From a bacterium (GTDB lineage: Bacteria > Acidobacteriota > HRBIN11 > JAKEFK01): DNA of 64,000 nt. The translations under genes were made by a program, and so were the position numbers. The first letter of the stretch is position 1. Each line of letters begins with the position of its first letter. The stretch is taken from NCBI GenBank assembly GCA_022616075.1, contig JAKEFK010000024.1, positions 572 through 64,571 of the forward strand. The letters are read 5' to 3'. This document shows positions 1 through 9,874 of the stretch, piece after piece. The notes beneath the pieces are model-generated. The model made no database searches. It saw only the letters and a list, made by a program, of their open reading frames with translations, and had not been told where the DNA came from.

Positions 1-181
1 GATAGAGGCCGTACCATTGGAGTCGAACGATATCTTCTTCTGCCATGGATTCATAACCACGTTGGATCAGCATCGGCAAATCGCTCAAGATCTCGAGTGG
101 CGGCTTCTCTTTTTTTAGTCTCTCGCGAGAATTTTTCTTGAGCACTTGTTCCAGTGTCAGATCTTCATCTGCCAATTTCAC
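1..181 (-). CDS. Ferredoxin-type nitrite/sulfite reductase, N-terminal fragment; gene continues past the window edge
   Basis: Minus-strand translation (LADEDLTLEQVLKKNSRERLKKEKPPLEILSDLPMLIQRGYESMAEEDIVRLQWYGLY) matches the conserved N-terminus of NirA/Sir-type reductases. The only in-frame starts are TTG(175) or GTG(181) just after a U-tract. Confidence 0.45.
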   Translation of the reverse strand, partial: MKLADEDLTLEQVLKKNSRERLKKEKPPLEILSDLPMLIQRGYESMAEEDIVRLQWYGLY

Positions 182-198
182 TCCAAAAACTTTCGCCC

Positions 199-238
199 AA
201 AATAAAAAACCCGCTTCCTCTTCAGGGAGGACAGCGGG
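199..238 (-). terminator. Intrinsic-terminator-like hairpin plus U-tract in the leader, directly upstream of the reductase start (candidate attenuator)
   Basis: Minus-strand CCCGCTGTCCTCC-CTGAA-GAGGAAGCGGG followed by TTTTTTATTTT. An equivalent hairpin is present in copy 2 (4398..4436). Confidence 0.45.
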
Positions 239-294
239 TTAAGAATTTCAGATTTTTAAGGGATTGCTAGAACCGGCGCGTGTGCCGTCTAACG

Positions 295-360
295 GATTTC
301 AAAACCTGCTGCCCTGCCCCTACGAAAGGGGCGGATACAGCAGCAATGTGTTTTGAAATC
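295..360 (-). promoter_or_regulatory. 66-nt extended, near-perfect hairpin in the leader RNA
   Basis: gatttcaaaac...ctgctgccctgcccct-loop-aggggc...cagcag...gttttgaaatc. Stem arms are conserved in copy 2 and the loop differs. Confidence 0.45.
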
Positions 361-385
361 TTTTGTATTCATGAAGACAATTTGA

Positions 386-414
386 ACCTAAGTCAATTGT
401 CCTGAATTGTCAAG
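386..414 (-). promoter_or_regulatory. Sigma70-like promoter (TTGACA-17-TAGGTT) driving the structured leader
   Basis: -35 and -10 hexamers with 17 bp spacing on the minus strand. Confidence 0.3.
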
Positions 415-624
415 CCGTTAGCGATGAATACTTATCATGGATAAGATGAACGAACTTGTGTTTACGGCGATTTATAAATAACGCCGCCTTTTCGGACATG
501 AAGGGCCTTGTAACTATGCGCCCGAAAGTGGGTCAATTTTCAACGCCCCTTGACAGAACACATTCAGGATACGCGGCAAAGTCCAGCCGAAAAGCTGACA
601 ACTCCAGTAGATTTTGAGCCTGCA

Positions 625-2175
625 TCATTGGGAAATGTTCTTTTCAAGCTGCATCCAGAAGGGAAGCCAGAAATGGAATAAAGGAGGTGGAGCTGCTGCG
701 GCAATCTCGCCTGTCAATTTGTTATCCATGAGCCACAATCGAAAACGCGTGCGGTGATTGTGATTTGCTGTATCGGGATTCCGGATCGTTGCATCGGAGC
801 GTCCGGATACTCGACCTTCGATCCAGGTTAGATCGGTTACCGGATGTTCCGCATCATCACCGATTTTTAACCTCGCTGCGCTCTGATCGATCTGCAGCAG
901 GACCGGAATTGTTTTTTCCCATGTCACGATTTTCCCACTCCACCTTCCCTGCAAACCTTCAGGCGCATGGAAGGGAAGTTCAGGAGGTCTGGGTTTTCGC
1001 GTCGGATCGAGCACGCGGCGCGCAGGATAATCTTCAATCAACACATCGAGCACCGAGTCGGCGAGTGAATACGTCAAATCCTGTCGACTGTTCGATAGAA
1101 CAGCAATCACGATTCTTTGCTTCGGTGCAATTCTCAGAATGGTGGAAACACCCGGGGATCCACCTTCATGTCCATACCACAGGTGTCCGAATTTCGATTC
1201 CTCTCTACCTCCCCAACCCAACCCGTAAAACCAATCCAAGCCCCAGAATCCGGAGGCAGAGCCGGAAGACTTTTTCTCCTGGATCATCCGGTCAATGTTT
1301 TCTTTACTCAGAATCTGGCGCTGATCTTTTACCTGCTCTTTCAGGTGAAACATCCCGAACCGCACGAGATCGTGAGCTGTGGAATAGATTGTCCCCGATC
1401 CGCGAGAATCAAAATCATAATCTGGGATGAGGGTCTCTCCAGGCCCGAATCTTTTTGCGACGTTTCGATCCGCAGGACCAACCGAAGTCTGATAAAGCCC
1501 GAGCGGCTGGAAGAGCTCCTGTTGCATGAATCTGCTAAAGGATTGCCCGGATACGTCTTCGATGACCCGTTCGAGAATTCCGTACCCGAGGTTGGAGTAA
1601 TCGTGTTGTTCGTCCGGTTGGCGCACGACAATTGCGTAGCGTTGGACTGTCTCATCCAGGGAAGGGCGTCTTGTTTCATCGTTCGCAAAATAGTAGCGAT
1701 TCTGTTCTGCGAGCCCTGCCCTGTGCTGCAAAATCAGTTGCAACGTGGCATCCTTTGCATCGGCCGCATGTCCTGTAATTTTTGCGTTCTTTAAATAGTT
1801 GTTGGCCGGACGATTCAAATCGACCAGACCATTCTGGACCAGTAGCATCAGACCTGTTGCTGTAAGGGGTTTTGATACGGACGCGATCGGATATGTTGTG
1901 GCGGGAGTTGCCTTCCTCCTGCTGGAGATGTCAGAGAATCCAAATGCCTCCTGCCAGAGGATTACTCCTTTCATCGCAACAGCGATCGAAACGGAAACCG
2001 GCGTGCCTGTTTTCACGGATTGCAGTATCTGGGTGCGTATCGGCTCCAATCGCGAATCCTGTAAGGGGAGCGTTGTCGCTTCCCTGGTCGATGAAATTGT
2101 GATCTGTGTGAGCAGGGCAACCAGCAGGCTAAAGGTAAGCAAGGCGAAGAGAGCGCGCGGTTCGCGGGTGCTCAT
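625..2175 (-). CDS. Class-C beta-lactamase-like serine hydrolase with signal peptide and C-terminal extension domain
   Basis: 516 aa ORF with a hydrophobic N-terminal signal, an SxxK motif (ASVSK) and a YSN motif (DYSNLGYG). Confidence 0.85.
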   Translation of the reverse strand: MSTREPRALFALLTFSLLVALLTQITISSTREATTLPLQDSRLEPIRTQILQSVKTGTPVSVSIAVAMKGVILWQEAFGFSDISSRRKATPATTYPIASVSKPLTATGLMLLVQNGLVDLNRPANNYLKNAKITGHAADAKDATLQLILQHRAGLAEQNRYYFANDETRRPSLDETVQRYAIVVRQPDEQHDYSNLGYGILERVIEDVSGQSFSRFMQQELFQPLGLYQTSVGPADRNVAKRFGPGETLIPDYDFDSRGSGTIYSTAHDLVRFGMFHLKEQVKDQRQILSKENIDRMIQEKKSSGSASGFWGLDWFYGLGWGGREESKFGHLWYGHEGGSPGVSTILRIAPKQRIVIAVLSNSRQDLTYSLADSVLDVLIEDYPARRVLDPTRKPRPPELPFHAPEGLQGRWSGKIVTWEKTIPVLLQIDQSAARLKIGDDAEHPVTDLTWIEGRVSGRSDATIRNPDTANHNHRTRFRLWLMDNKLTGEIAAAAPPPLFHFWLPFWMQLEKNISQ

Positions 2176-2459
2176 GGTGCAAGCTTAAAATCAACGGAAC
2201 TGGCTGTCCAGTGAGTTATTTTCAGCATTTGGATGAGAGAATCTAATTTAGAATTTTTTCGGTCACGACTTCTCCTATCAAACCGATTCGGTAAAGCAAA
2301 CGGTGACCCCCACTGATTTGCCAAACTCCGATCATATAAGACATAACCGCATGAGCTCATGACGTTAATGAAAAAGATTAATTGGTTTCTGTCCAGTAGG
2401 AATCATTAGAATAAGCAAATGAAATTACAGGTTATGAAAGTTCAGGAAGAGAATTTGAG

Positions 2460-3483
2460 ATGAAACTGGTTGAATTACGCGAACGTTACGCAATTGATAA
2501 CCTCATGGTTGTAGAGGGTCCGGTACCGGAAGTACGTGCGGGCGAAGTGTTGATACAAATCAACGCATGTTCCCTGAATTATCGAGATTTGCTGATTGTG
2601 AGGGGTTATGGACGTTGGAAAAAAACCTTGCCGTTCGTGCCACTGTCTGATGCGGCTGGAGAAGTTGTGGAGGTTGGACCTGGAGTTTCAAGAGTTGCAA
2701 TTGGTGACAGTGTTGCTGCGATATTCGTTCCGGCGTGGTTAGATGGAGATCTTTCGGAGGAAAATGATGGGCCTGCCATGGGGGAAATGCTCCCAATACA
2801 GGGTTCTTCCAGAGGAAGTGCTGGTTCGAGTCCCGGAGCACCTGAATGATACGGAAGCGGCAACGCTGCCGTGCGCGGCCGTAACGGCATGGAACGCCTT
2901 GTCCGGAGAAGGTTCGCCGAAGCCCGGGGAGACGGTAGTTGTACTGGGTTCCGGGGGAGTATCGTTGTTTTCGCTTCAATTTGCTCGCCTCAAAAAAGCG
3001 CGTGTTATTGCATGCTCCCGGAGCGAAGCCAAGATAACCCAACTTTTAAAACTGGGTGCAGATCACGCAATCAACTCTGGAGTTTCACCTGGATGGCCTG
3101 AAGTTGTGATGCAATTAACGGAGGGCCGCGGGGCCGATTACATTATAGATGTTGTTGGCAGGCTCGCGGATTCCGTTCATGCACTCCGGTTCGGAGGTCT
3201 CATTAGCGTCATCGGAATGCTCGATCGATTTTCGACTGAAATCGATCCGGCTGTAATAATGGCAAAAAAGGCGCGTCTCCGCGGGCTCCAGGTTGGCTCA
3301 AGGGAAATGTTCGAAGCCATGAATCGCGCCCTTTTCCGCCACCGAATCCGTCCTGTCATCGATCGCGTTTACAACCTGACAGCCGTGCAGGCCGCCTACC
3401 GCAGACTTGAAAGCGGTGATCAGTTCGGCAAAGTATGCATCCGGCTCTGGCCTGATACTAAAGAAAAAAGCGACTTTAACTAA
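2460..3483 (+). CDS. MDR-superfamily NAD(P)H:quinone oxidoreductase/alcohol dehydrogenase, frameshifted
   Basis: The N-terminal half (2460..2849) and C-terminal half (2743..3483, motifs VVVLGSGGVS and EAATLPCAAVTAWNAL) lie in different frames. The shift falls at a G5 run (2779..2783). Confidence 0.75.
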
Positions 3484-3496
3484 GGAAATAGGAATC

Positions 3497-4246
3497 ATGA
3501 GATTCGTCGGAAAAATAGCTCTCGTGACGGGGGCCGGCAAAGGAATAGGGAAGGCTACAGCTCTCAAGCTGGCATCGGAAGGATCTGATGTCGCTGTACA
3601 CTATCTTCGTTCATCGGAACATGCCGAATCAGTTTGTGAGAAAATTCGTGCGCTGGGAGCTCGAGCCTTGGCGGTTCAGGCAGATATTGCCGACAGAGAA
3701 ACCGTAAATAAGATGGTAGCTTGCGTCACTGCGGAGCTTGGCCCGATCCAATTGCTGGTAAACAATGCGGGGGATATAGGGGATATCGATTTCCATCAAT
3801 TGCAGCCTGAGCATTGGGATCGGATTGTTGCAATAAACCTCACAGGCCCCTTCAATCTTATCTGGGCAGTGAAGGAGGGGATGCTTGCTCGACAATTCGG
3901 CAGGATCGTAAATATTTCCTCTATTGCGGCCTTAGCCGTTCGACCGAATCTTCTTCCGTACTCAGCTGCAAAAGCCGGGGTGATCTCATTGACAAAATCC
4001 TGTTGCGCTCCGTTTGCTCAAAAGAATATCAGAATCAATTCCGTCGCACCGGGCGCAATTGATACGGATATGTTGCGTGAGCTTTCCCCACAAACAGTAG
4101 AGCAATTGAAGTCCGCGACTCCGTTGGGCCGTTTGGGCGAACCGGAGGAAATCGCAAATGTTGTCGCGTTTCTTCTCAGTGAGGAATCAAGTTACATGAC
4201 GGGCTCTACAATCATCGTCAGCGGTGGCAGAATGCTGATTCCGTAA
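3497..4246 (+). CDS. SDR-family oxidoreductase (FabG-like)
   Basis: Glycine-rich motif GKIALVTGAGKGIGKA, NNAG, and catalytic YSAAK. RBS-like GGAAATAGGA precedes the ATG at 3497. Confidence 0.85.
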   Translation: MRFVGKIALVTGAGKGIGKATALKLASEGSDVAVHYLRSSEHAESVCEKIRALGARALAVQADIADRETVNKMVACVTAELGPIQLLVNNAGDIGDIDFHQLQPEHWDRIVAINLTGPFNLIWAVKEGMLARQFGRIVNISSIAALAVRPNLLPYSAAKAGVISLTKSCCAPFAQKNIRINSVAPGAIDTDMLRELSPQTVEQLKSATPLGRLGEPEEIANVVAFLLSEESSYMTGSTIIVSGGRMLIP

Positions 4247-4342
4247 TCATGCCATGCTGATTATCGAGCCTTCATAGATATGGCGTCTTTCTGCTGAACC
4301 AAACCGGATTTTGGTGTCAGAGTGACGTATGGACTGCCGCGA

Positions 4343-4649
4343 ACTTGTTCCAGTGTTAGATCATCCTCTGCCAATTTCACTCCAAAAACTTTCGCCCAAA
4401 ATAAAACCCCGCCTCCTCCTCAGAGAGGACAGCGGGTTAGGAATTTCAGATTTTTAAGGGATTGCTAGAACCGGCGGCTGCGCCATCTAACGGATTTCAA
4501 AACCTGCTGCCCTGCCCCTATGATAGGGGCGAATACAGGAGCAATTTGTTTTGAAATCTTTTGTATTCATGAAGATAATTTGAACCTAAGTCAATTGTCC
4601 TGAATTGTCAAGCCGTTAGCGATCAATACTTATCATGGATAAGATGAAA
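4343..4649. repeat. About 307 bp repeat, copy 2: orphan duplicate of the reductase 5' leader, downstream of the SDR gene
   Basis: Same hairpins as copy 1. On the minus strand it encodes FWAKVFGVKLAEDDLTLEQV and then diverges and stops. Confidence 0.8.
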
Positions 4650-4705
4650 TTATCAAATGAGGTGACGCTCATCTAGGAAATTCTTCCTTTCAGATCCTTA
4701 CAAAC

Positions 4706-5313
4706 TCAGCGGCTCTGAGATGTTTTCTGAAAGTAATATCCACCTTCGTAGAAGCCAACTACATTTCCCATTGAATCAAAGACAAAACTAAGAATTTCGC
4801 CAGGAGAATGCGGACCGGACATTCTGAATCTGTCTTTCCCTTCAGGCGTAAGCTCGGAATCGGAGTTTGGATACTCTACCCAACTCAATATCAACTGATT
4901 GTCCTTTATAGCGAGGTCCATACTAAAAGAGAGAACCTCGGATCGATATCGGCCGATGAATTTTCCGAAATCTTTTGACGTTTGGAGGGAAACCGATTGT
5001 TGTTTAGAACGGTGGATCCGATCAAAAATCGGAATTAGCAATCCAGGACTTCTCACAAGTGTTTCGTGGCCACTCCTTTGTATCCATATTCGTTAATATT
5101 ACGATTCCCAGTTTTGATTCCGGGACGAAAGCAATCATCGAATCATACCCGGGAGCGTCGCCTGCGTGACCAACTAGAGTGCGGTCGCTTTTTCGAAAAA
5201 GGGCGAACCCAATTCCGTAACCGAAACTCCAATTGCTATTCATGAACTGAGGCGTCCGCATTTCTCTCAGACTATGAGCTGATAATACTTCAGAATCGTC
5301 TTTGAACTGGCAC
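4706..5313 (-). pseudogene. Second class-C beta-lactamase-like gene, C-terminal part, separated from its N-terminal part by an inversion
   Basis: Encodes QFKDDSEVLSAHSLREMRTPQF...GHAGDAPGYDSMIAFVPESKLGIVILTNMD plus the C-terminal extension. It aligns to residues about 270-516 of the 625..2175 protein. Confidence 0.7.
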
Positions 5314-6258
5314 ACATTTACGCCAAAAAAACTTTGGAAGCCGGCTTTACGTCGGTTCGTGATCTTGGAGCCAGCGAACTGATCGACGTTGCCTTGAAAA
5401 AAGCGATTAACAATGGGAGGATCCCCGGTCCCCGCATGTTCGTTGCCACTCTCACCTTGGGCGCCACAGGTAGTCACGGAGATTGGGGGACCGGCTTTCC
5501 CCATACCTTCGTATGGAAGGATTGAGTAACACTGCGGATGGGGTTGAAGAGATCAGGAAAGCTATTCGACTTCAGATTAAGTACGGAGCCGATCAAATTA
5601 AATTTGCAGCCACTGGTGGGGTATTTAGTGAAGCGGGATCGGCCGAGGGTATGCAGTACTCTCCTAAGGAGATGAGAGCCATCGTGGATGAGGCGCATCT
5701 CTGGGGCAAGAGAGTTGCGGCGCACGCACACGGAACGCAAGGAATAAAAACTGCTGTGGAGGCAGGAGTCGATTCCATTGAACATGGAAGTCTTATAGAT
5801 GAAGAAGGAATTGAGATGATGAAGAAACGTGGCACTTATCTCATTCCCACAATTTTTGCGGCGGATGCTGTTGAAATTTACGGTAAGGATTGGAATCTGC
5901 CTGAAAGTATCCTCGCAAGAGGGCGGTCTATCAACAAAGAAAACGTGAAAACTACAGAAAGGCAATCAAGGCGGGTGTCAAGGTTGGGTTCGGATCAGAC
6001 GCCACCGTATTTCCCCACGGAATGAACGCTGTCGAATTTTCTCATCTAGTCGAAGTGGGAATGACGCCAATGCAGATAATCCAGGCCGCTACAGTTGTTA
6101 ATTCAGAACTGCTCGGTAAGAGCGACGAATTAGGATCCATCGAACCAGGAAAAATATGCTGATTTCATCGCCGTTTATGGAGATCCATTGAAGAATATCG
6201 AGGCGCTCAATGATGTACGATTTGTTATGAAAGGCGGCGTTATTTATAAATCGCCGTA
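5314..6258 (+). pseudogene. Amidohydrolase-family (metal-dependent hydrolase) gene body, detached from its N-terminus and multiply frameshifted
   Basis: LEAGFTSVRDLG...AAHAHGTQGI...GVDSIEHGS...GSDATVFPHGM...YKSP*. Lesions include an 8-nt insertion near 5940 and an extra A in an A5 run near 6150. Confidence 0.7.
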
Positions 6259-6321
6259 GACAGAAGTTCATCTTTACGAATCGAATTCTTTAACTCATTC
6301 GGAAATAAATGAGCTAAGATA

Positions 6322-7213
6322 GTGGTATTTTTGATGATTCCTCGTGGCGCATCATTGATTAAACGGACAAGAAATTCCCTTTTCATCTGTTTCTTTCTAC
6401 TCCTTCACTTCGAAACCGGCCAGAGTCCATCTGCGGCAGCGATGAAGGATGATCCTGAAATAAAAGCTGCCCTGCAAATTGTTGACGAAATCATCACCAG
6501 ACGCCATTCTGTGGCGGAAATATAGGACCTCAGCCGCAATTATTTACGGCGAGAAGGTGATATGGGCAAAGGGATATGGTTATTCCAATATTGAAGAAAA
6601 ACAGCCGGCCACCCCTGATACGATTTATCGAATCGCATCTATCACTAAAGTGTTTACTGCGACAATGCTCATGCAATTGCGAGATGAAGGCAAGCTACAG
6701 CTTGATGAGTCTCTAGTGAGCCATATCCCCAATCTTAAGATTCGCAACCGATTCTCGAGTTCCGCGCTCCTTTCGTTCAGGCAGGTCGCATCACACTCTT
6801 CAGGTCTGCAGCGGGAACCACCCGATATTCAAAAATACTGGGACACTCTTATTTTTCTTCCATTGAACTCATGATGCCTTCCATTATTGAGAAGGCTGAA
6901 ATGGCAACGCCACCGTTAACCTGCTTGAGCTACTCGAATCTGGCTGTCGCCTTGATGGGTCACGCCCTGGAGAGAATCGCAGGTCTGGACTATGAGACAT
7001 ACGTGACCGAGCGAATTACTCAACCTCTAGACATGACAGATACTTTTTTTCATCCTTCCCAGAAAGTCCAAAACAGGGTAGCAATTCCCTACACAAAGAC
7101 TGCGGGAACGGTATCAAAACAGAAGCTAATCTATTCGAGTCTGGGAGGTCTACAGCCCGCGGGAGGACTCTTTTCAACGGTAACGGATCTGGGAAGATTC
7201 ATTTCACTCCACA
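6322..7213 (+). pseudogene. Second class-C beta-lactamase-like gene, N-terminal part (signal peptide, SITK, YSN) with at least two frameshifts
   Basis: Three consecutive ORFs in different frames (6322..6525, 6479..6874, 6871..7320) together align to the N-terminal about 270 aa of a class-C enzyme. The match ends abruptly after ISLHKN at 7213. Confidence 0.7.
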
Positions 7214-7557
7214 AGAATTGCGCGATCGATTGGAGACATCCTGAACAATTCGGCTTCGTAGTTCTCAGCCTGTTCTGTGATATGCGTGTGGGCATCTATC
7301 AAGCCGGGCAGCACAGTTAATTGGGATAGATCAATTCTTCGTGCACTAACCGGAACCTGAACATGATCCGCCGTACCAACTGCTTCAATCGGTTCCCCTT
7401 TTACTAAAATCAGCTGATTATCAATCACTTTTCCAGTTTTGACGTCAATCATCCTACCGGCCTGGAGAACGGAATAACTAACTTCTTCTGCTTGCAAGTT
7501 TGCGAAAAGGGTGGCGAAAAGTGAAAAAACCACGATGAAGAATTGGAGTAATTTCAC
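7214..7557 (-). pseudogene. Amidohydrolase N-terminus (signal peptide plus HxH metal site DAHTH), now separated from the gene body at 5314..6258
   Basis: MKLLQFFIVVFSLFATLFAN...LPGLIDAHTHITEQ. The ORF terminates inside repeat R2 at the inversion junction. Confidence 0.65.
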
Positions 7558-7650
7558 AGTCTGTCCTCCTGTCCTTTTCTAGACTATCCGGAAGCATTGC
7601 TGATGGTATTGGACAAAAAAGATTGATTGGACAAAAAGCACAATCGGTGT
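7498..7650. repeat. About 150 bp repeat R1, copy A (upstream region plus signal-peptide codons MKLLQFFIVVFSLFATLFAN)
   Basis: Near-identical to 9815..9965. Confidence 0.8.
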
Positions 7651-7669
7651 AAGGGAAGCAATGACCACT

Positions 7670-9874
7670 TCAACCGGGTCCGAAGCCCAGAGGCGAAACA
7701 TTCAAGGCCGGTTCAGGCCCCGGCCCAAGGTGGCGCTCGAACCAGTCTAGCACCCGCTGCAGGACGTCCACCTGATGGGCTCGCTCGCTGATGCCATGCG
7801 GCTCGCGTGGGTAGACGACCATCTCGGTCTCTGTACCGACGAGCCTCAGAGCATGATAAAACTCCCACCCTTGGCCTACAGGAGCCAAGTCGTCCGCTTC
7901 GCCGTGCAAGACGAGAGTAGGCGTACGGCAGTTTTTGACATGCGCCAGCGGGGAGCGGTTCCAATAGGCATCGGGTCGATCGATGTGAGTACCGAGGAAG
8001 TAGGGCGAGAAGAACGACGGTGTAAACGTGCCGCTCCCATTGGAGCTCGCCAAATTCGACAGTCCGGCGCTCATGACGGCTGCCTTGAAGCGGTTGGTTT
8101 GAGTAACCGCCCAGGCGGTCATGTAGCCTCCGTACGACCCGCCCCCGATCCCGAGCCGGTGCGGATCGGCGATCTTCTGATCGATCAAATGGTCCAGGCC
8201 GTCCATGATGTCCGTGAAGTCTCCGCCTCCCCAGTCGTCGCGGTTCGCCTCGGCGAATCTCCAGCCCTGGCCGCTTGATCCACGAGGATTCGGCAGCAGA
8301 ACCACGAAGCCGTGAGACGCCAGGAGTTGGCCCCATTCCCACGCTGAGCCATGCCAACCTGCCCACCATGCCCACTCCGGCCCGCCGTGCACTTGCACGA
8401 CTGTCGGCTGCGGGTTTCCCTTTCGGAAACCCGGCGGGGTGATCAGCACACCATGGATTATACGGCCGTCCTGGCTGCTCTTCCACGATATTTCCTCACT
8501 CTCACCGAGCCGCCAGGAGGCGGCCTGCGGATGGAGAGAGGTAAGACGGCGACCGGGCTCGCCGATACGCAGCACCCACACATCATCGGGCGACTGGCCC
8601 GTACCGCTGACGTACGCCAGCACACGGGAATCGGCGCTCGCGCTGAATCTGCGGCCAGGCCACAGGAAGGTCTGAGCCTCGCCTAGCACCTGTACCGCTT
8701 CCGTCGAGACCTTCACGCGCAATAGGCGCGTCCGCGCAGCCTCGAAGCTCTGGAATAGCAGATGCTCAGAATCCGAATCCCATTCTGCGCCCCAGTCTCC
8801 CGTCCAGAGCGAGCCCGGGTAGTCGTCCAGCAGATAGCGCGGCCGACCGCCGGCGGCGGGAACCAAAGCCACCCGGATGGAAATGTTGGCGGGAGATGGG
8901 GTCGAGAAAGCGATGGTGTGTCCATCCGGCGACCAGCGGACTATCTGTTCCGAATAGGCAATCGCTTCGCTCAGGGTGCGCGCCACTTGGCCCCCCTGCC
9001 TTCGGATCACAACCAGTCTGGAGGGCTGATAGTGGACGTCTTCCATGCGAGGCGTCTTTGCGGTCACGATTGCGATCTCCTCTCCACCGGGCGACCAGTC
9101 AAAATCGCTGATCTCGAGACGCTGTGGTGATACCGGTTCGGCATGACCGTCGACCAAACGCACGACGTACAGTCGCGAGTACCTGTAATTATGGTCAGCG
9201 TACCGTGCATCGTCGCCATCCTTTGATTTTTTCACCTCTTCTTCGGAGGGAGCTTCGCGCAGCGTAAAGGCGATCATCGAGCCGTCTGGTGACCAGCGAA
9301 ATCGCAGTACCTCTCCCCGGAGCGCGGTGACCGGCTCGGCCTCACCACCGTCCAGACGCAGCAGCCAGAGCTGGGCCCCGGCTCCGCTCAGTGCCCCCTG
9401 TGGACACGGGCGATCGGAGAGGAAGGCGAGCCGCCTGCCTTCTGGGGACCAGCGAGGCGTGGTGTCGTTGGCTAGATGCGACGTCAACCTGCGAGCCGGT
9501 GCGTTGCCGTCGGTTGGGACGATCCAGATATCGGCCTTGGGGAGCGGATCAGGGCGTGCCGAATCGACCGCCTCACGTACCACGAAGGCGATCCGCAAGC
9601 CGTCTGGTGAGACTTGGGCGTCGCTGACCTCGCGGATGGCGACCAGATCCTCGGGGGTTACAGAGCGCTTCGCCTCGCTGATGGTGTCCGAAGACGCTGA
9701 TGTAAAGCCTGCTTCCAAAGTTCTTTGGCGTATGTGTGTGCAAAAATTGCGCGATCGATTGGAGACATTCTGAACATTTCGGTTTTCGTAGTTCCCCGCC
9801 TGGTCTGTTTGTCCGTTTGCGAAAAGGGTGGCGAAAAGTGAAAAAACCACGATGAAGAATTGGAGTAATTTCAC
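7670..9874 (-). CDS. S9-family serine peptidase (prolyl oligopeptidase/acylaminoacyl-peptidase-like) with N-terminal beta-propeller; GC-rich chimeric gene
   Basis: GGSYGG nucleophile elbow, and C-terminal Asp and His motifs (HGEADDLAP, REPHGI). The body is about 65% GC against about 48% in the flanks. The first about 60 codons come from the amidohydrolase leader (R1-R2-R3). Confidence 0.85.
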   Translation of the reverse strand: MKLLQFFIVVFSLFATLFANGQTDQAGNYENRNVQNVSNRSRNFCTHIRQRTLEAGFTSASSDTISEAKRSVTPEDLVAIREVSDAQVSPDGLRIAFVVREAVDSARPDPLPKADIWIVPTDGNAPARRLTSHLANDTTPRWSPEGRRLAFLSDRPCPQGALSGAGAQLWLLRLDGGEAEPVTALRGEVLRFRWSPDGSMIAFTLREAPSEEEVKKSKDGDDARYADHNYRYSRLYVVRLVDGHAEPVSPQRLEISDFDWSPGGEEIAIVTAKTPRMEDVHYQPSRLVVIRRQGGQVARTLSEAIAYSEQIVRWSPDGHTIAFSTPSPANISIRVALVPAAGGRPRYLLDDYPGSLWTGDWGAEWDSDSEHLLFQSFEAARTRLLRVKVSTEAVQVLGEAQTFLWPGRRFSASADSRVLAYVSGTGQSPDDVWVLRIGEPGRRLTSLHPQAASWRLGESEEISWKSSQDGRIIHGVLITPPGFRKGNPQPTVVQVHGGPEWAWWAGWHGSAWEWGQLLASHGFVVLLPNPRGSSGQGWRFAEANRDDWGGGDFTDIMDGLDHLIDQKIADPHRLGIGGGSYGGYMTAWAVTQTNRFKAAVMSAGLSNLASSNGSGTFTPSFFSPYFLGTHIDRPDAYWNRSPLAHVKNCRTPTLVLHGEADDLAPVGQGWEFYHALRLVGTETEMVVYPREPHGISERAHQVDVLQRVLDWFERHLGPGPEPALNVSPLGFGPG

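Larger units (their letters stand above)
144..450. repeat. About 307 bp repeat, copy 1: promoter-like sequence, long hairpin, terminator hairpin and first ~12 codons of the reductase gene
   Basis: About 90% identical to 4343..4649, compared by eye. Contains TTGACA-17-TAGGTT on the minus strand. Confidence 0.8.

Noticed and set aside
765-2188. Plus-strand ORFs (765..1430, 1117..1794, 1799..2188) antisense to the beta-lactamase-like gene
   Set aside because: Low-complexity, Arg/Ser-rich translations with no recognisable domains. They are entirely nested in a well-supported minus-strand CDS.
7713-9773. Multiple long ORFs on both strands overlapping the S9 peptidase gene (7713..8486, 7775..8278, 8351..8686, 9327..9773 and others)
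   Set aside because: They lie inside a roughly 65% GC gene where stop codons are rare in all frames. None shows protein-family features, and the S9 frame carries clear catalytic motifs.
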